A stretch of 64,000 nt of DNA, taken from positions 32,001 to 96,000 of the forward strand of contig JBDHJS010000004.1 of assembly GCA_039586795.1 (NCBI GenBank), written 5' to 3'. This document shows positions 47,224 through 59,453 of this stretch, piece after piece. The notes beneath the pieces are model-generated. The model did no database searches, had not been told where the DNA came from, and worked only from the letters and a program-made list of their open reading frames with translations. Source of the stretch: Gemmatimonadota bacterium. Its GTDB lineage: Bacteria; Gemmatimonadota; Gemmatimonadetes; Palauibacterales; KS3-K002. Position 1 is the first letter of the stretch; the number at the start of each line of letters is the position of its first letter. A program made the position numbers and the translations under genes.

Positions 47224-49518
47224 ATGGATGGTACCCGCAAATTGACCGAGATTCGTACCTCGCTACGCAATTTCGCTGGCTGGCGACTGGGTCGCCTGGT
47301 TCTGCTGGCGAGTTGCATCTCGGCGCTCCTGCCAGCCAATGTCACGGCCCAGGCCAGTGCACGCGATACTCTACCGGTCGTACGCAAGATCCACATCGAA
47401 GGTAACGAGGCCTTCAGCGACCAGGAGATCCGGCGCGCGATTGCCACCACGTCCAGTGGCTGCAAATCGGTGTTCCTCAGTCCGCTCTGTTGGATCGGCC
47501 TCGATGTTTTCAAGAACACCGCCCGATTGGTCCCGCGTGAGCTCACGACAGATGTGGCACGACTCAGGGTGTTCTACTTCCGGCGCGGCTACCGGTTGGC
47601 ACAAGTCGACACCGCCGTCACCCGCGACGACGGAACCGTCGAGGTGACGTTCATCGTTGACGAGGGTGAACCGGTCATCGTGCGCAGCCTTGAGGTGCAG
47701 GGACTCGAGGAAGTCGACGGCGCGAGTGATATCGTCGCTGGCATCTCACTCAGACCGGGGCAACCATTCAGCGAGCTCGCGCTCACGGTATCCCGGGGTC
47801 AGATCGAACGAGATCTTGGCAACAGCGGCTACGCAGATGCGGTTGTACTGGTCGATGCGATGCGGCCGGCAGAAGATTCGATGGGCGCGCAGGTTGTTCT
47901 CAAGGCGATCCCGGGCCCGCGCTATACGATCGGTAATATCGAGGTAGATGGGGCGGTGGAGATCGCCCCCGATGATGTGCTTCGGCTGCTCAGCTTCCAC
48001 TCCGGCGATGTCTACAGCCTGGAGGAGATCGTACGGAGCCAGCGCAATCTGTACTCGATGGCGCTGTTCGACTACGTGGATGTGCAGTCCGAGCCGGTTA
48101 GCGGTGACACCGTCGTCGATGTCCGGGTCCAGGTGAATGAGGCGAAGCTGAGGGGCGTTCAGTTCGGTGCCGGCATCTCGACCACCGAGTGCATAACCCT
48201 CCAGGCGGGGTGGGCGAACCGTAATTTCTTCGGTGGCACGCGGAAGCTCGAGATCAACGGCGTGCTTTCCAACATCGCCACGAGCCGGCGAGCTCGACAG
48301 TTTCCGTGTACACAGGCCGGCGTAGCCCGCGATGGTAGCGTTCCGGGTGACTCGGTCTACAACCAGGTAAACTGGCTTCTACGAGTCGACTTCCGACAAC
48401 CCTGGTTCCTTGGCACCGAGAACTGGCTGCACCTGGGCTTATTCGCCGACCGCATCAGCCTGCCTGCCGTCTACGTCTCCACGTCGATCGGTGGTGATGT
48501 TCGCTTCAGCCGGGAGATCTCCGTCGGTACGGCGGTCAGCGCGAGCTACCGTCCGTCGCTCAACGAGCTGCAGGAGGGGAGCGCTGATTTCCTATTCTGC
48601 GCCAACTTCCTGATCTGTGACCCGGCAGACATCGCGATTCTGGAGGAGCGGCGCTGGCTATCTCCCGTAACGCTCACGTTTGCGCAGGGCCGAACAGATG
48701 CGGTGCTCGACCCGAGCCGCGGGTATCGGCTTACCGTAGAGGGGGAGTATGCCTCGCGTTTCACGGGGTCGGGGTGGACCTATGTAAGAGCTCAAGGTGA
48801 GGTCGCCTGGTACCGGCGTATGGGTTTGCAGGCCGTTCTGGCTCTCAGAATGCGAGGTGGCGTCTTGAGGCCCGTCGGGTCGGGGATCGAGGGGGTGGAT
48901 CTTACTCCGGGAAGCGAGGCCCTGACTCATCCGCTCAAGCGGATGTATGCCGGCGGCGCCTACACCGTTCGCGGCTTTCAGGAGAACTTATTGGGTCCGA
49001 AAGTCCTGCTGACCAGCAGGGAGAACATTCCGCTCTGTGAAGGGAATCGGGTGACGGACGAGAACACCCTGGTGTGCGACCCGAATCAATCCGGGCTAAG
49101 ATCGGAGGATGCCGTACCGCGCCCGGTCGGTGGACAGAACTCTCTGGTGGCGAACGCCGAAGTCCGCATGCCACTCGGATCGGAGAACTGGCGCGCCGTG
49201 GTATTTGTTGACATGGGTCGGGTATGGAGTTCGGGTGGTGAGGTTCCGGAAGCTGAGCGTTTTGCCTGGTCTCCTGGATTCGGTATTCGCTACTTGAGCC
49301 CGGTGGGCCCACTGCGACTGGATATCGGTTTCAATACGATCTCAGGTGGCGAACCTTTGCCCGTGGTAACCGAGCTCGAAGACGAGTTCGGTCAGTCGCA
49401 AATCGTTCAGCTGGGTACCGCAAACAACCAGGCCATTCCGTTCTTATACAAACCTTTTGAGGGCAAGAGCGTATTTAGTCGCATGACACTCCACTTCTCG
49501 ATCGGGCACGCGTTCTGA
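47224..49518 (+). CDS. tamA: Omp85 family outer membrane protein with POTRA domains (TamA-like)
   Basis: POTRA repeats (I.IEGN.AFS, Y..RGY, V.F.VDEG), GG..TVRGF, GIRY.SPVGPLRLD, C-terminal F; adjacent to a TamB-like gene. Confidence 0.8.
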   Translation: MDGTRKLTEIRTSLRNFAGWRLGRLVLLASCISALLPANVTAQASARDTLPVVRKIHIEGNEAFSDQEIRRAIATTSSGCKSVFLSPLCWIGLDVFKNTARLVPRELTTDVARLRVFYFRRGYRLAQVDTAVTRDDGTVEVTFIVDEGEPVIVRSLEVQGLEEVDGASDIVAGISLRPGQPFSELALTVSRGQIERDLGNSGYADAVVLVDAMRPAEDSMGAQVVLKAIPGPRYTIGNIEVDGAVEIAPDDVLRLLSFHSGDVYSLEEIVRSQRNLYSMALFDYVDVQSEPVSGDTVVDVRVQVNEAKLRGVQFGAGISTTECITLQAGWANRNFFGGTRKLEINGVLSNIATSRRARQFPCTQAGVARDGSVPGDSVYNQVNWLLRVDFRQPWFLGTENWLHLGLFADRISLPAVYVSTSIGGDVRFSREISVGTAVSASYRPSLNELQEGSADFLFCANFLICDPADIAILEERRWLSPVTLTFAQGRTDAVLDPSRGYRLTVEGEYASRFTGSGWTYVRAQGEVAWYRRMGLQAVLALRMRGGVLRPVGSGIEGVDLTPGSEALTHPLKRMYAGGAYTVRGFQENLLGPKVLLTSRENIPLCEGNRVTDENTLVCDPNQSGLRSEDAVPRPVGGQNSLVANAEVRMPLGSENWRAVVFVDMGRVWSSGGEVPEAERFAWSPGFGIRYLSPVGPLRLDIGFNTISGGEPLPVVTELEDEFGQSQIVQLGTANNQAIPFLYKPFEGKSVFSRMTLHFSIGHAF

Positions 49519-52500
49519 TGAACTGGAAGGAACGAATCATCGGACTGCCCTTGGCACTGGTCGGCGCGGTACTGCTGCTGGCGACGGTCGCCGGCATGCT
49601 GCTCACGCGTACGGATTGGGGCCGCGAGAAAGTGCGCGTCTACGCAGTCGAGAAGTTGAACGGAGCGATCCGAGGCAGCGTTGAGATCGACGAGGTCCTT
49701 GCCGGCGATTTGCTCCGAATGGTCACGATGGCCGGCGTGCGGATCTACGAAGAGGACGGCCGAGAGTTCGCGAGTATCGATACTCTGACGGTTCAATACC
49801 GGTGGTCTGACTTCTTGTTCGGCAATCTGAAGTTCGCCAGGGCGACGATCGTCAACCCGATCGTCAAGCTCCGAACCGAGCCGGAAATCGGCTGGAATTT
49901 CGAGGAGGCATTCCGCGGGCCGCGCCGGGCCGGTCCGGTTACTGAGGAGAGCGACGAAGGAGGACTTCGCCTCGAACTGGAGGACGTAGCGATACGCTCC
50001 GGCGAAGTGACGATGCTGATCCCGTGGGACCCGGAGAGAGGAACCGACCCGGACTCGGTGCGCTGGCATCTTATCGAAGCCTACGGCGAGTGGTGGCGCG
50101 AGCTGCGCTTCCAGCGACTCAATTCTCAGCTATCGAAGGCACAGATCGTGGTGCCGCGGGACGAAAGTCGGCAGTTCCAGATCGTCCAGTTCACCAGCCA
50201 GGTGACGATAGTCGATGACCCGTTCGAGGTTCAGCAGCTGAGAGGCTACATAGAGGTCGTCGGCAACAGGCTGTCTTTCGATGTTTCTGAGGGGGCTCTC
50301 CCGGGCTCCAACCTGTTCGGCGAAGGATGGGTTACGCTCGTATCGAACCCACAGTACGACTTCAGAATGCGCGGCAGTCCGATGTCGACGGAAGACATCC
50401 AGTGGCTTCTTCCATGGATGCCGTCCGGGACGGCAGATCTCGACTATCATATGCGAACGCTCCCCGATGGCATCGCCCTGGAGGCGCAGGATGCCAGATG
50501 GGAATCGCGCGACGCGGTCGCGACCGGCCGCTTTGCCTTGTCGCTGCGAGACCGACCGGACGGCCTGTCGTTCAACGCGCTTGATGTGAACGTGGAGCGG
50601 CTGAATTCATCGCTCATCGAAGAGCTGACGGGCTGGGATTCTCCGGTAGCGGCAGAGTTGAACGGTGAAGTCGCGCTTGACGGACCACTTTCTCAGCTGG
50701 CTGTAGAAGCCGACCTGAACATTCTCCCAGAAGCGGAGGATCTGACGACACACATCGCCGCGCGGGGCACGGTACACGCCCGGCATTTGTGGCGGGGAGA
50801 ATTGGGTGCGCAAGATCTTCAACTAGAGTTCGACACAGTCCGGCTGAATTTGGTGCGAGCGTTTGCGCCGGAGATGGCTTTGCGGGGCGACATCACCGGC
50901 TCGGCTCACCTCGACGGCCGACTCGCCGACGGCGCTTCCTTGAGCTTTTCGCTCGAGCAGCGCGACGGGAATCTGACGCCCACGACCGTTGAAGGGGCGG
51001 GTATCGTGTCTGCGGACACGAGCGGGCTGCTGCTTGATTTCGAGCTTCACAGCGAATCGTTCTCGTTCAATACGCTATCGCGATACTACCCGTGGATCTT
51101 CTTCCGTGGCGATTTCGCTGGGGATTTCAGCGCGCGCGGCCCGCTGACAGCACTCGCCGTGGAGGCCAGCCTCGGCGGCGCAGGCGACTCGATCCGGTTC
51201 GATGGCGAAGTACGGCTTACCGAGGATGAGGTTGGCTACTTGGGAGAAATGGAGGGCCGACGGATTCGGGTCGTGCCGTTCAGACAAGGCCTCCCCGAAT
51301 CGGACATTGATTTCCGTGCTGAACTCGCAGGGAGTGGTACCGTCCTGGAGGACCTGGAAGCGCGTGGTCATCTCGAGATCTTCTCTTCCTTCGTTGGCGG
51401 TGTTCGACTCGATACGGCGTACAGCGACCTTCGTCTAACCGGCGGCCGTTTGGTCGTTGATAGTGGTGCGGCCATAGTCGAGTTCGGCGAGATAGGCCTG
51501 AGTGGCGCGCTCGGCCTGATTCCCGACTCGACTGGCAGGCTCGCGTTCGACATCGCGGCCGACAGTCTGGGCGGCCTCACGCCCTGGGTGTTCCCGGGAT
51601 ACAGAGGCGGTCCTGGGCTGACGGCCGGTGGACCCGCAGGCCAGGTCGATGACTCGGAGGCGGCACGGGTCGACGGCTCGGCGCGGATTAGGGGGGAGCT
51701 CGAGGGGGTCATCGGCGATGTCGCGGTACGAGCGGAGATGGCTGGAAGCGATCTCCGCTACGGAATCTGGGCCGCCGACAGTCTCGTCATAGAGGACTTC
51801 GAGGTCTACGGCTCCGCAGACTCGCTGAACCTCGCGGGCGCCGCGCTCGTGGTTGGCGGCAGCGCCGGCGATGTTCGATTGCAACGCTTGGGTGTGCAGG
51901 GGGGCATCGTCGGTGACACATCAACGCTTAATTTTGACCTCGCTGTCGATTCGGCTGCCGACGCTGCGGGTCGGATGCAGGTAGTGTTGGGTGGCGAATC
52001 AACCACTCTCGCGTTCGAACAGCTCAGCATACGTCTTGCCGGGACAGATTGGTCGATGAGCCAACCCACCGAGGTACGGGTCGCACGGTCGGGAGGGATC
52101 GCGGCCAGTGATATTCGCGTCGCGAGTGAGGCGGGATACCTGACGGCGGGTGGAGTCATCCCGGATAGCGGCCGAGCCGCATTTTCCGCCGAAGTGGAAG
52201 GAATAGATCTCGGCGCCATAGCCAGGCTCTTTCCCGACAGCCTGGATCTCGGCGGATTCTTGACGGCGAGCGCCGAACTTTCCGGCACTACGGCTCGCCC
52301 GGAGATACGTGGCAGTTTTGAGGTCAGCGACGGTCGCCTGGTTGGCGTACCCTTCACGAGCCTTCGCGGTGAACTCGAGTTCCAAGACGATGATGCGTCG
52401 CTCGATGTATCAATGTGGGATGACGACCTGCGACTGCTCCGAATACACGGGACGTATCCAGTAGACCTCGCGCTTCCGAGCTTCGCGCTGAGCATACCGG

Positions 52501-53963
52501 AACGCGAAATCCGTTTGACTGCTGAGGGCGATAGCATTCCCCTCAATCTGGCGACGCTCTTCTTCGGCAATCAGATCGCCGAGCCGCACGGCCATGCTTA
52601 CGGAACGGTCTCCATTGGAGGCACTCCCGGCAGTCTGAGCTTGGAAGGACCGGTAGCATTTGTAGATGGAGGCTTCCGTGTCATCTACAGTGGGATCACC
52701 TACCTATCGTTCACAGGTGATGCCTTCTTCGAAGGACAGGATCTGCACCTGATTAATGTCGGCTTCGAGGGGGTTCCACTTAGGGCCAACGATTCGGGCG
52801 GCCGTGGTGTGTTGGGCGGGAGACTCAACCTCAGCGATCTGAGAGACCCCGGTTTCGATCTAACGATCGTCGGAGATGCGCTTCCGCTCTACGATCAACT
52901 CGACGCCCGATTCATCGTGTCCGGCTCGGTTTGGCTGCGTGGTCGGTATCGAGAGCCGATCGTCGGCGGAGATATATCCGTTGTAAGCGGCGTGCTCTTC
53001 ATGGACGAGATCGGCCGTCAGGCCGAGATAGCAGATCCTTACCTCGAAGACAGTTCGTTCCTGCTGCTCGACTTGTCCGCCTTCGAAACGGCCAGGCGGC
53101 CAGCCAACCCGTTCCTGGACAACCTGACGCTCGACATGGGCGTCGACGTCGCACAGGACACCTGGCTGCGTTCAGCGGAGGCCAACGTCGCCATCTCGGG
53201 TAATCTCTTGATAAGCAGGCGACCGGGTCAGGATGTGTGGCGGATGGACGGTACGCTGTTGGCGGAGCGCGGTGACTATCGATTGTTCAACCGGCGATTC
53301 GAGGTGTCGGAGGGAACGATCGAGTTCGTGGGATCGCAGGAGATGAATCCTAACCTGCGGATCGTCGCACTGTACAATCTCCGCACGCAGAAGCGGCCTA
53401 TCGAAATTCGTCTGATTATCGGTGGTACGCTGGAGGACATGACGCTGTCGCTCGAGAGCGATGCACAACCGCCTATCCCCGAGTCCGACCTCTTGTCTTA
53501 CTTGATACTCGGGCGGCCGTCGTACGAGATCACGCGCCCAAGTGAAGAACGCAGTCTGCTATCGGATGTGGCGGCCGACGTACCTAGCGCCTTCCTCGGG
53601 TATGCGCTCGGATCGTTGCTCGTCGGTGAGACCGGCGTGGCGTATATCGATGTGAGCCGGGTGAACTACTGGGGAGGCACCGAGGGCGGTGAATTCCAGG
53701 AAGGCGTTGGCCCATCGTTCAGCGCGACGCAGGTAGAAGTTGGCTGGTACCTGGCGCCCACAGTGTTTGTGAGCGTGGCGCAGCACCTGGCGGGTGCCGT
53801 GCGTCCGACGGTTCGACTGGAATGGAAACTCGACGACAACCTGACGCTTAGGGGGATAACTCAGCCTCGCTGGGGCCAGGCTAACCCGCTCGTGCTGGAG
53901 GTCCCCGGAGCCAATATTCAGCAGTCGATCGGCTTGTACCTGTTCTACGGGTGGAGCTACTAG
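49518..53963 (+). CDS. tamB: Translocation and assembly module TamB-like protein
   Basis: 1481 aa, N-terminal TM, beta-rich repeats; DUF490-like end (G.Y...RF.V..G.I.F.G, NPNL, S.LLSYLILG); TGATG coupling to tamA. Confidence 0.82.
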   Translation: MNWKERIIGLPLALVGAVLLLATVAGMLLTRTDWGREKVRVYAVEKLNGAIRGSVEIDEVLAGDLLRMVTMAGVRIYEEDGREFASIDTLTVQYRWSDFLFGNLKFARATIVNPIVKLRTEPEIGWNFEEAFRGPRRAGPVTEESDEGGLRLELEDVAIRSGEVTMLIPWDPERGTDPDSVRWHLIEAYGEWWRELRFQRLNSQLSKAQIVVPRDESRQFQIVQFTSQVTIVDDPFEVQQLRGYIEVVGNRLSFDVSEGALPGSNLFGEGWVTLVSNPQYDFRMRGSPMSTEDIQWLLPWMPSGTADLDYHMRTLPDGIALEAQDARWESRDAVATGRFALSLRDRPDGLSFNALDVNVERLNSSLIEELTGWDSPVAAELNGEVALDGPLSQLAVEADLNILPEAEDLTTHIAARGTVHARHLWRGELGAQDLQLEFDTVRLNLVRAFAPEMALRGDITGSAHLDGRLADGASLSFSLEQRDGNLTPTTVEGAGIVSADTSGLLLDFELHSESFSFNTLSRYYPWIFFRGDFAGDFSARGPLTALAVEASLGGAGDSIRFDGEVRLTEDEVGYLGEMEGRRIRVVPFRQGLPESDIDFRAELAGSGTVLEDLEARGHLEIFSSFVGGVRLDTAYSDLRLTGGRLVVDSGAAIVEFGEIGLSGALGLIPDSTGRLAFDIAADSLGGLTPWVFPGYRGGPGLTAGGPAGQVDDSEAARVDGSARIRGELEGVIGDVAVRAEMAGSDLRYGIWAADSLVIEDFEVYGSADSLNLAGAALVVGGSAGDVRLQRLGVQGGIVGDTSTLNFDLAVDSAADAAGRMQVVLGGESTTLAFEQLSIRLAGTDWSMSQPTEVRVARSGGIAASDIRVASEAGYLTAGGVIPDSGRAAFSAEVEGIDLGAIARLFPDSLDLGGFLTASAELSGTTARPEIRGSFEVSDGRLVGVPFTSLRGELEFQDDDASLDVSMWDDDLRLLRIHGTYPVDLALPSFALSIPEREIRLTAEGDSIPLNLATLFFGNQIAEPHGHAYGTVSIGGTPGSLSLEGPVAFVDGGFRVIYSGITYLSFTGDAFFEGQDLHLINVGFEGVPLRANDSGGRGVLGGRLNLSDLRDPGFDLTIVGDALPLYDQLDARFIVSGSVWLRGRYREPIVGGDISVVSGVLFMDEIGRQAEIADPYLEDSSFLLLDLSAFETARRPANPFLDNLTLDMGVDVAQDTWLRSAEANVAISGNLLISRRPGQDVWRMDGTLLAERGDYRLFNRRFEVSEGTIEFVGSQEMNPNLRIVALYNLRTQKRPIEIRLIIGGTLEDMTLSLESDAQPPIPESDLLSYLILGRPSYEITRPSEERSLLSDVAADVPSAFLGYALGSLLVGETGVAYIDVSRVNYWGGTEGGEFQEGVGPSFSATQVEVGWYLAPTVFVSVAQHLAGAVRPTVRLEWKLDDNLTLRGITQPRWGQANPLVLEVPGANIQQSIGLYLFYGWSY

Positions 53964-54170
53964 CAGGGTCCTGCAAATCCTGTCTTCTCCTACCTTCATC
54001 GCCCCCAAATCCTCGAGCGACCCTATGGCGCTCAATGTCGCCCTGATCGCGGCGGCAGGTCAGGGGTGGATCGGAACGCCATTCTGTGTTTAGGTTCATA
54101 GGTCAAATGGGACAGCGAGGTAACAATGGCGCGGCTGAAGCCGGGAGCGCGGCTGCGCGTGGAGCACAAG

Positions 54171-54995
54171 ATGGGTAACTACGCGAAAATCTTTGGTCTC
54201 ATGGCGGGGCTCACGGCGCTGGTCGTCAGCATCGCCTACGTGGCTGGCGGCCCGAACGCCATGCTTCCAGCCTTCATTATCGTCGGTCTATTCAACTTCG
54301 GCATGTACTGGTTCAGTGATCGTGCGGTGCTGCGCATGTACAAAGCCCAGATCATCAAGCCGGAGGACAATCCACATCTTTACGAGATGGTAGACCGCCT
54401 GCGCCAGCGCGCCGCGCTACCGATGCCGACTGTGGCTGTCGCGCCCAGCCAGCAACCCAATGCGTTTGCCACCGGTCGGAGCCCGGAACGGGCCGTCGTT
54501 TGTTTTACGCAGGGAATCCTGAGCGCGCTCAAAGAAGCCGAGCTGGAAGGTGTAACCGCGCACGAGCTAGCGCACATCAAGAACCGCGACATGTTGACGG
54601 GCACCATGGCGGCGACCATGGCTGGAGCGGTGACTTTGCTCGCTCGACTGGCGTTCTTCTTCGGTGACCGAGATCGAAACGTCTTCGCTTCTCTCGCCAT
54701 GCTAATACTGGCGCCGCTGGCGGCAGTACTGGTTCAGATGGCGGTCAGCCGGCAGATGGAATATCGAGCGGACCGGCTGGGAGCTGAAATCGCTGGCTCG
54801 CCACGTGGGCTTGCACGGGCGCTGGATCGTATGGAAGACCTGGCACGACGAATTCCGATGAATGTCAGCCCGTCGGCCGCGCATCTTGCCATCGTTAACC
54901 CCCTTCGCCGGGGCGGGTTCTCGGGACTGTTTCGAACTCACCCGCCGACGCAAGAACGAATCGCGCGTTTGATGGAGCTCGAGCGTGGTAGCTGA
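54171..54995 (+). CDS. htpX: Zinc metalloprotease HtpX (M48)
   Basis: YWFSD, PNAFATGR, AHELAHIKNRD, SR.MEYRAD and THPP..ERI motifs. Confidence 0.93.
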   Translation: MGNYAKIFGLMAGLTALVVSIAYVAGGPNAMLPAFIIVGLFNFGMYWFSDRAVLRMYKAQIIKPEDNPHLYEMVDRLRQRAALPMPTVAVAPSQQPNAFATGRSPERAVVCFTQGILSALKEAELEGVTAHELAHIKNRDMLTGTMAATMAGAVTLLARLAFFFGDRDRNVFASLAMLILAPLAAVLVQMAVSRQMEYRADRLGAEIAGSPRGLARALDRMEDLARRIPMNVSPSAAHLAIVNPLRRGGFSGLFRTHPPTQERIARLMELERGS

Positions 54996-55923
54996 TCGGA
55001 ACGGCGTGTTCGTCATTCATAACCCCACGGCGGGGGCGAGACATCCTGAACGGTTGCGTCGTCAGGTCGAAGCCAGACTGGACGCGATGAAGGTCCCGTA
55101 CGAATACGCGTTTACCGAGGACCGTGGCCACGGCGAGCAGCTCGCGAGGACCGCACGCGAGAGAGGCTTCGGGCGCGTTTTGGTTGCGGGAGGTGACGGA
55201 TCGGTGCTGGAAGCTGTGACTGCGCTGGCCGGCACAGAGACCAGCCTGGCGCTCCTACCCGTCGGCACCGGAAATCAGCTGGCCGCCAACCTCGGGTTGC
55301 CAAAGAGCGTGAAGAAGATGCTGGACGTTGCCGTGAACGGTGTGCCGCGGAGAATCGACGTTGGGATGTTGAACGGCTCCCCGTTCACGATCATAGCAGG
55401 GGCAGGCTTCGACGCAGAGGTCGTCAGGCCGCCGTCCGCAATCAAGCGCCGGATCGGCTATCTCGCTTATGTCCATGCGGCGACCGGCGCCGCCTTTTCC
55501 CCAAGGGTTTCTGATTTGAGGATACACGTCGACGGCGATGAACATGAGGCCAAGGGCATCGGAGTGGAGATCGCTAACATGCCCGGCCTTGCGGCCCCGC
55601 TATTCGCTCGGCCGGTCGACCTGGTTCCCGATGGCAAACCCGATGACGGCCTCCTGGATATCTGCGTTCTTGCGGTAGAGTCGATAATCGACTTCTTCTC
55701 CGCTCTATCAGCGATCATGGCTCGCCGACATCACCAGAGCTCGGGATTGCTGTACCTGCGCGGACGCGAGATCACTGTGGAAGCCGACCCGCCAATGCCA
55801 GTACAGATCGACGGGGAACGGCTCGAGATGACGACGCCAATCACGGCAACTGTCCGCCCCATGGCGCTGAGCGTAATCGTTCCCGGCAGCAACAACGTGA
55901 CGGCTAGTAAGAACGATGCGTGA
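54985..55923 (+). CDS. Diacylglycerol/lipid kinase family protein
   Basis: NP.AG, AGGDGS, PVGTGN, GAGFDA, DDGLLD and Q.DGE motifs. Confidence 0.88.
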   Translation: MVADRNGVFVIHNPTAGARHPERLRRQVEARLDAMKVPYEYAFTEDRGHGEQLARTARERGFGRVLVAGGDGSVLEAVTALAGTETSLALLPVGTGNQLAANLGLPKSVKKMLDVAVNGVPRRIDVGMLNGSPFTIIAGAGFDAEVVRPPSAIKRRIGYLAYVHAATGAAFSPRVSDLRIHVDGDEHEAKGIGVEIANMPGLAAPLFARPVDLVPDGKPDDGLLDICVLAVESIIDFFSALSAIMARRHHQSSGLLYLRGREITVEADPPMPVQIDGERLEMTTPITATVRPMALSVIVPGSNNVTASKNDA

Positions 55924-58753
55924 CGAGCACCTAGTCATCCACGGGGCCCGGGAGCACAATCTCAAGAACATAGACGTCAGGATTCCCCGTAACCGGCTGA
56001 CGGTGGTGACAGGGTTGTCAGGATCTGGCAAGTCGAGCCTGGCGTTCGATACGATTTACGCCGAAGGACAGCGGCGCTATGTAGAATCGCTCTCCGCGTA
56101 TGCCCGACAGTTTCTTGGGTTGATGGAGAAACCCGACGTCGACTCGATCGAAGGGTTGTCGCCGGCCATTTCCATCGAGCAGAAGACGGCCGGCCGCAAT
56201 CCGCGCTCGACGGTCGGGACGATCACCGAGATCTACGACTACCTTCGACTGTTGTTGGCACGCTGTGGAACGCCCCACTGCCCGTCGTGCTCCAAACCGG
56301 TCCAGAGACAAACACCCGATCAGGTCTCGGATATCGTTCTGGGGTGGCCCGAGAAGACTCGCATCGAAGTGTTAGCCCCGCTGGTCCGCGGACGAAAGGG
56401 CGAGTTCAAGGACACGTTCGAACGGGCGCGCAAGGACGGGTTCGTTCGGATACGCGTAGACGGTGAGACATACGACCTGAACGATCCGCCCAAGCTGAAC
56501 CGCAGGGTCAACCACGACATAGCGGTCGTTGTGGACCGTCTCGCGGTGAAGCCCGATGACAGACCGCGCCTTACCGATTCCATCGAGCTAGCTTTGCGCA
56601 CGGCGGACGGTGTTGTCCAGATTGCCCGCTACGAGAAGAGGGACGCGGACCCCGAATTCAGACTCTTCAGCGAGCGGTACGCATGCCCCGACTGCGGGAT
56701 CAACCTTCCCGAACTCGAGCCGCGACAGTTTTCGTTCAACTCACCGTACGGCGCTTGCACAGGTTGCGGTGGGTTGGGTACGAGGAAGGTTGCCAACCCG
56801 AGCCTGATGCTCGCCGATGGCCGGCTATCGCTGCTGGAAGGGGTAATCGTTCCCTGGGGCTCGCCAATCGGGTATCTACGCAAACGGGTCATCGATCCGC
56901 TATCGCGCAAGCACGGCGTGCACCCGAACACGCCATGGAACGATCTACCCAAATCGATGCAGGACGAGATACTCAACGGGTCGGACGAGATCGACTGGGA
57001 GGGCGCAAAGGCACGGTTGGAGCGACGCTACCACGAAACACCCAGCGATCGCCTGCGAGCGCGGCTTGGCGAGTTCATGTCGGTAGACATATGTGGCGAG
57101 TGCGAAGGAAACCGACTGCGGCCGGAAGCACTGGCCGTAACGTTCGAGGACAAATCGATAGGCGACATCTCCGGGATGACGGCCGATTCGGCGCGGGAGT
57201 TCTTCGAGACACTGGGCGGCCGAGACCGTAGCGGTTCTTACTTAGACAGCGTCATCGCGGGACCCATCTTGAAGCAGATCATCGAACGTCTCCGCTTTCT
57301 AGCTGATGTCGGCGTCGGCTACCTGACGCTGGGTCGTAGCGCCGAGAGCTTGTCTGGCGGCGAGGCGCAGCGTATCCGGCTGGCCACGCAGATCGGGTCC
57401 AAGCTGGTTGGAGTGTTGTACATACTGGACGAACCGTCGATAGGATTGCATCAGAGAGATAACGAGCGGCTGCTGCAAACGCTGGAGTCGCTTCGCGACC
57501 TGGGAAACACGCTCATCATCGTCGAGCACGACGAGGCGACGATCCGTCGGGCCGACCACATAGTCGACCTTGGCCCGGGCGCTGGCACGACGGGCGGTGA
57601 GGTCGTTGTCGATGGAGAACTGTCGGATGTTCTTGCGTCACGCGAGTCGCTGACCGGTGCCTACCTGCGCGGCGACCGGATGATCGATGTTCCGAAATCG
57701 AGACGATCGGGTAACGGAGAGCAGCTGCGCGTCACCGGAGCTCGGCAATTCAACCTGAAGGAAATCGATGTTGAGTTCCCGCTTGGCTGCTTCATCTGTG
57801 TCACCGGTGTGTCCGGTTCCGGAAAATCTACGCTGGTAGAGGAGATTCTCTATCGGGAGCTTGCACGAAGGTTGTATCGGTCGCGATTGATCCCGGGGGG
57901 CCATGGAGCCATTGAGGGTCTGGAACACATCGACAAGGTTATCGATGTCGATCAGTCACCGATCGGTCGGACTCCGCGCTCAAACCCCGCAACCTACGCA
58001 GGCGTGTTCACACCGATTCGTGAGCTGTTCGCACAGCTTCCCGAGTCCCGAATTCGCGGCTACTCGCCGGGTCGATTCAGCTTCAACGTGAAGGGCGGAA
58101 GATGCGAGGCCTGCAAAGGCGATGGCCTGGTCAAGATCGAAATGCACTTCTTGCCTGATGTGTATGTCGCCTGCGACGTGTGTCGAGGGAAACGATACAA
58201 TCGGGAGACGCTCGAGGTCTTCTTCAAAGGGAAGAACATTGCCGACGTGCTGGGGATGACCGTGGATGAGGCTCTCGAGTTCTTCGACGCGATTCCGACA
58301 GTCCGGCGCAAATTACAGACGCTTCAGGACGTCGGTCTGGGATACATCACTTTGGGGCAGAGTTCGACAACGCTGTCCGGTGGAGAGGCACAAAGGGTCA
58401 AGCTTGCCACCGAGCTTTCGAAGGTCCAGACTGGTAGGACGCTCTACATCTTGGATGAGCCGACAACCGGGCTCCATTTTGAGGACATACGATTGCTACT
58501 CGAAGTGCTGCACCGGCTGGTCGAACGTGGAAACACGGTAGTTGTGATCGAACATCAACTTGATGTGATCAAAACCGCCGACTGGGTCATCGACCTCGGA
58601 CCGGAGGGCGGTGACCGCGGAGGTGAGTTGGTGGCGGTAGGTACGCCGGAGGACGTAGTGAAAGTGAAGGGGAGCCTTACCGGGAGCTTCATGAAGCCGC
58701 TCCTCAACAAACGGAAGTCGCGGAAACGGGAGGGTCAGCATGTCAGAGGCTGA
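55916..58753 (+). CDS. uvrA: Excinuclease ABC subunit A
   Basis: [26 protein letters not shown], two [17 protein letters not shown] and zinc fingers. Confidence 0.98.
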   Translation: MRDEHLVIHGAREHNLKNIDVRIPRNRLTVVTGLSGSGKSSLAFDTIYAEGQRRYVESLSAYARQFLGLMEKPDVDSIEGLSPAISIEQKTAGRNPRSTVGTITEIYDYLRLLLARCGTPHCPSCSKPVQRQTPDQVSDIVLGWPEKTRIEVLAPLVRGRKGEFKDTFERARKDGFVRIRVDGETYDLNDPPKLNRRVNHDIAVVVDRLAVKPDDRPRLTDSIELALRTADGVVQIARYEKRDADPEFRLFSERYACPDCGINLPELEPRQFSFNSPYGACTGCGGLGTRKVANPSLMLADGRLSLLEGVIVPWGSPIGYLRKRVIDPLSRKHGVHPNTPWNDLPKSMQDEILNGSDEIDWEGAKARLERRYHETPSDRLRARLGEFMSVDICGECEGNRLRPEALAVTFEDKSIGDISGMTADSAREFFETLGGRDRSGSYLDSVIAGPILKQIIERLRFLADVGVGYLTLGRSAESLSGGEAQRIRLATQIGSKLVGVLYILDEPSIGLHQRDNERLLQTLESLRDLGNTLIIVEHDEATIRRADHIVDLGPGAGTTGGEVVVDGELSDVLASRESLTGAYLRGDRMIDVPKSRRSGNGEQLRVTGARQFNLKEIDVEFPLGCFICVTGVSGSGKSTLVEEILYRELARRLYRSRLIPGGHGAIEGLEHIDKVIDVDQSPIGRTPRSNPATYAGVFTPIRELFAQLPESRIRGYSPGRFSFNVKGGRCEACKGDGLVKIEMHFLPDVYVACDVCRGKRYNRETLEVFFKGKNIADVLGMTVDEALEFFDAIPTVRRKLQTLQDVGLGYITLGQSSTTLSGGEAQRVKLATELSKVQTGRTLYILDEPTTGLHFEDIRLLLEVLHRLVERGNTVVVIEHQLDVIKTADWVIDLGPEGGDRGGELVAVGTPEDVVKVKGSLTGSFMKPLLNKRKSRKREGQHVRG

Positions 58754-59450
58754 ACATCGCCGTGAACCGAAATACCTGCTTCGAAGTTTCGAGCAATGGG
58801 CACTTCCTCGCATGGCTGCAGCTTTGCCAGGATGGGTGATGCCGGACCATATGACGGCGCTCGGGTTCCTGGCGGCTGCCGGCATAGGCGTTTGTTACGC
58901 GTCGTCTGGCTACAGCACGAACTACCTGTGGGCGGCGAACGTGCTCTGGGTGATCAACTGGATCGGTGATAGCCTTGACGGAACGTTGGCTCGCGTCCGA
59001 CGAACCGAACGTCCGCGATACGGTTATTACCTGGACCACATCATCGACATGTTCTCGGTCGCCTTCGTGTGCATCGGGCTCGGCTTCTCGCCGTATCTGT
59101 TGCTCTCGATGGGGCTAGCTGCGCTGATCATGTACTACTTGATGTCGATCAACGTGTATCTCGAGACGTTCGTGATGAAGTCCTTTCAGTTTGGATACGA
59201 GTACATTGGGCCCAGCGAGGTGCGGGTCATCCTGATACTCGGTGGCAGTGCGCTGGCCCTCGGTTTCGAACCGATACTCGAGCTGAAAGACGTTCCGCTC
59301 GGCGCGCTCGATCTCATCTTTCTTGCCGGGCTGGCCATAATGCTGATCATGCTGTTGCGTCGAATCCTCAGCAATCTGCGTGAGCTCGGCCATTTGGAGC
59401 CGCCCAACGTGGTTAGGGCGGCGGCGAATCAGGCCGGCGATCAGGGGTGA
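58740..59450 (+). CDS. CDP-alcohol phosphatidyltransferase family protein
   Basis: DSLDGTLAR....GYYLDHIID signature. Confidence 0.88.
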   Translation: MSEAEHRREPKYLLRSFEQWALPRMAAALPGWVMPDHMTALGFLAAAGIGVCYASSGYSTNYLWAANVLWVINWIGDSLDGTLARVRRTERPRYGYYLDHIIDMFSVAFVCIGLGFSPYLLLSMGLAALIMYYLMSINVYLETFVMKSFQFGYEYIGPSEVRVILILGGSALALGFEPILELKDVPLGALDLIFLAGLAIMLIMLLRRILSNLRELGHLEPPNVVRAAANQAGDQG

Positions 59451-59453
59451 GCG

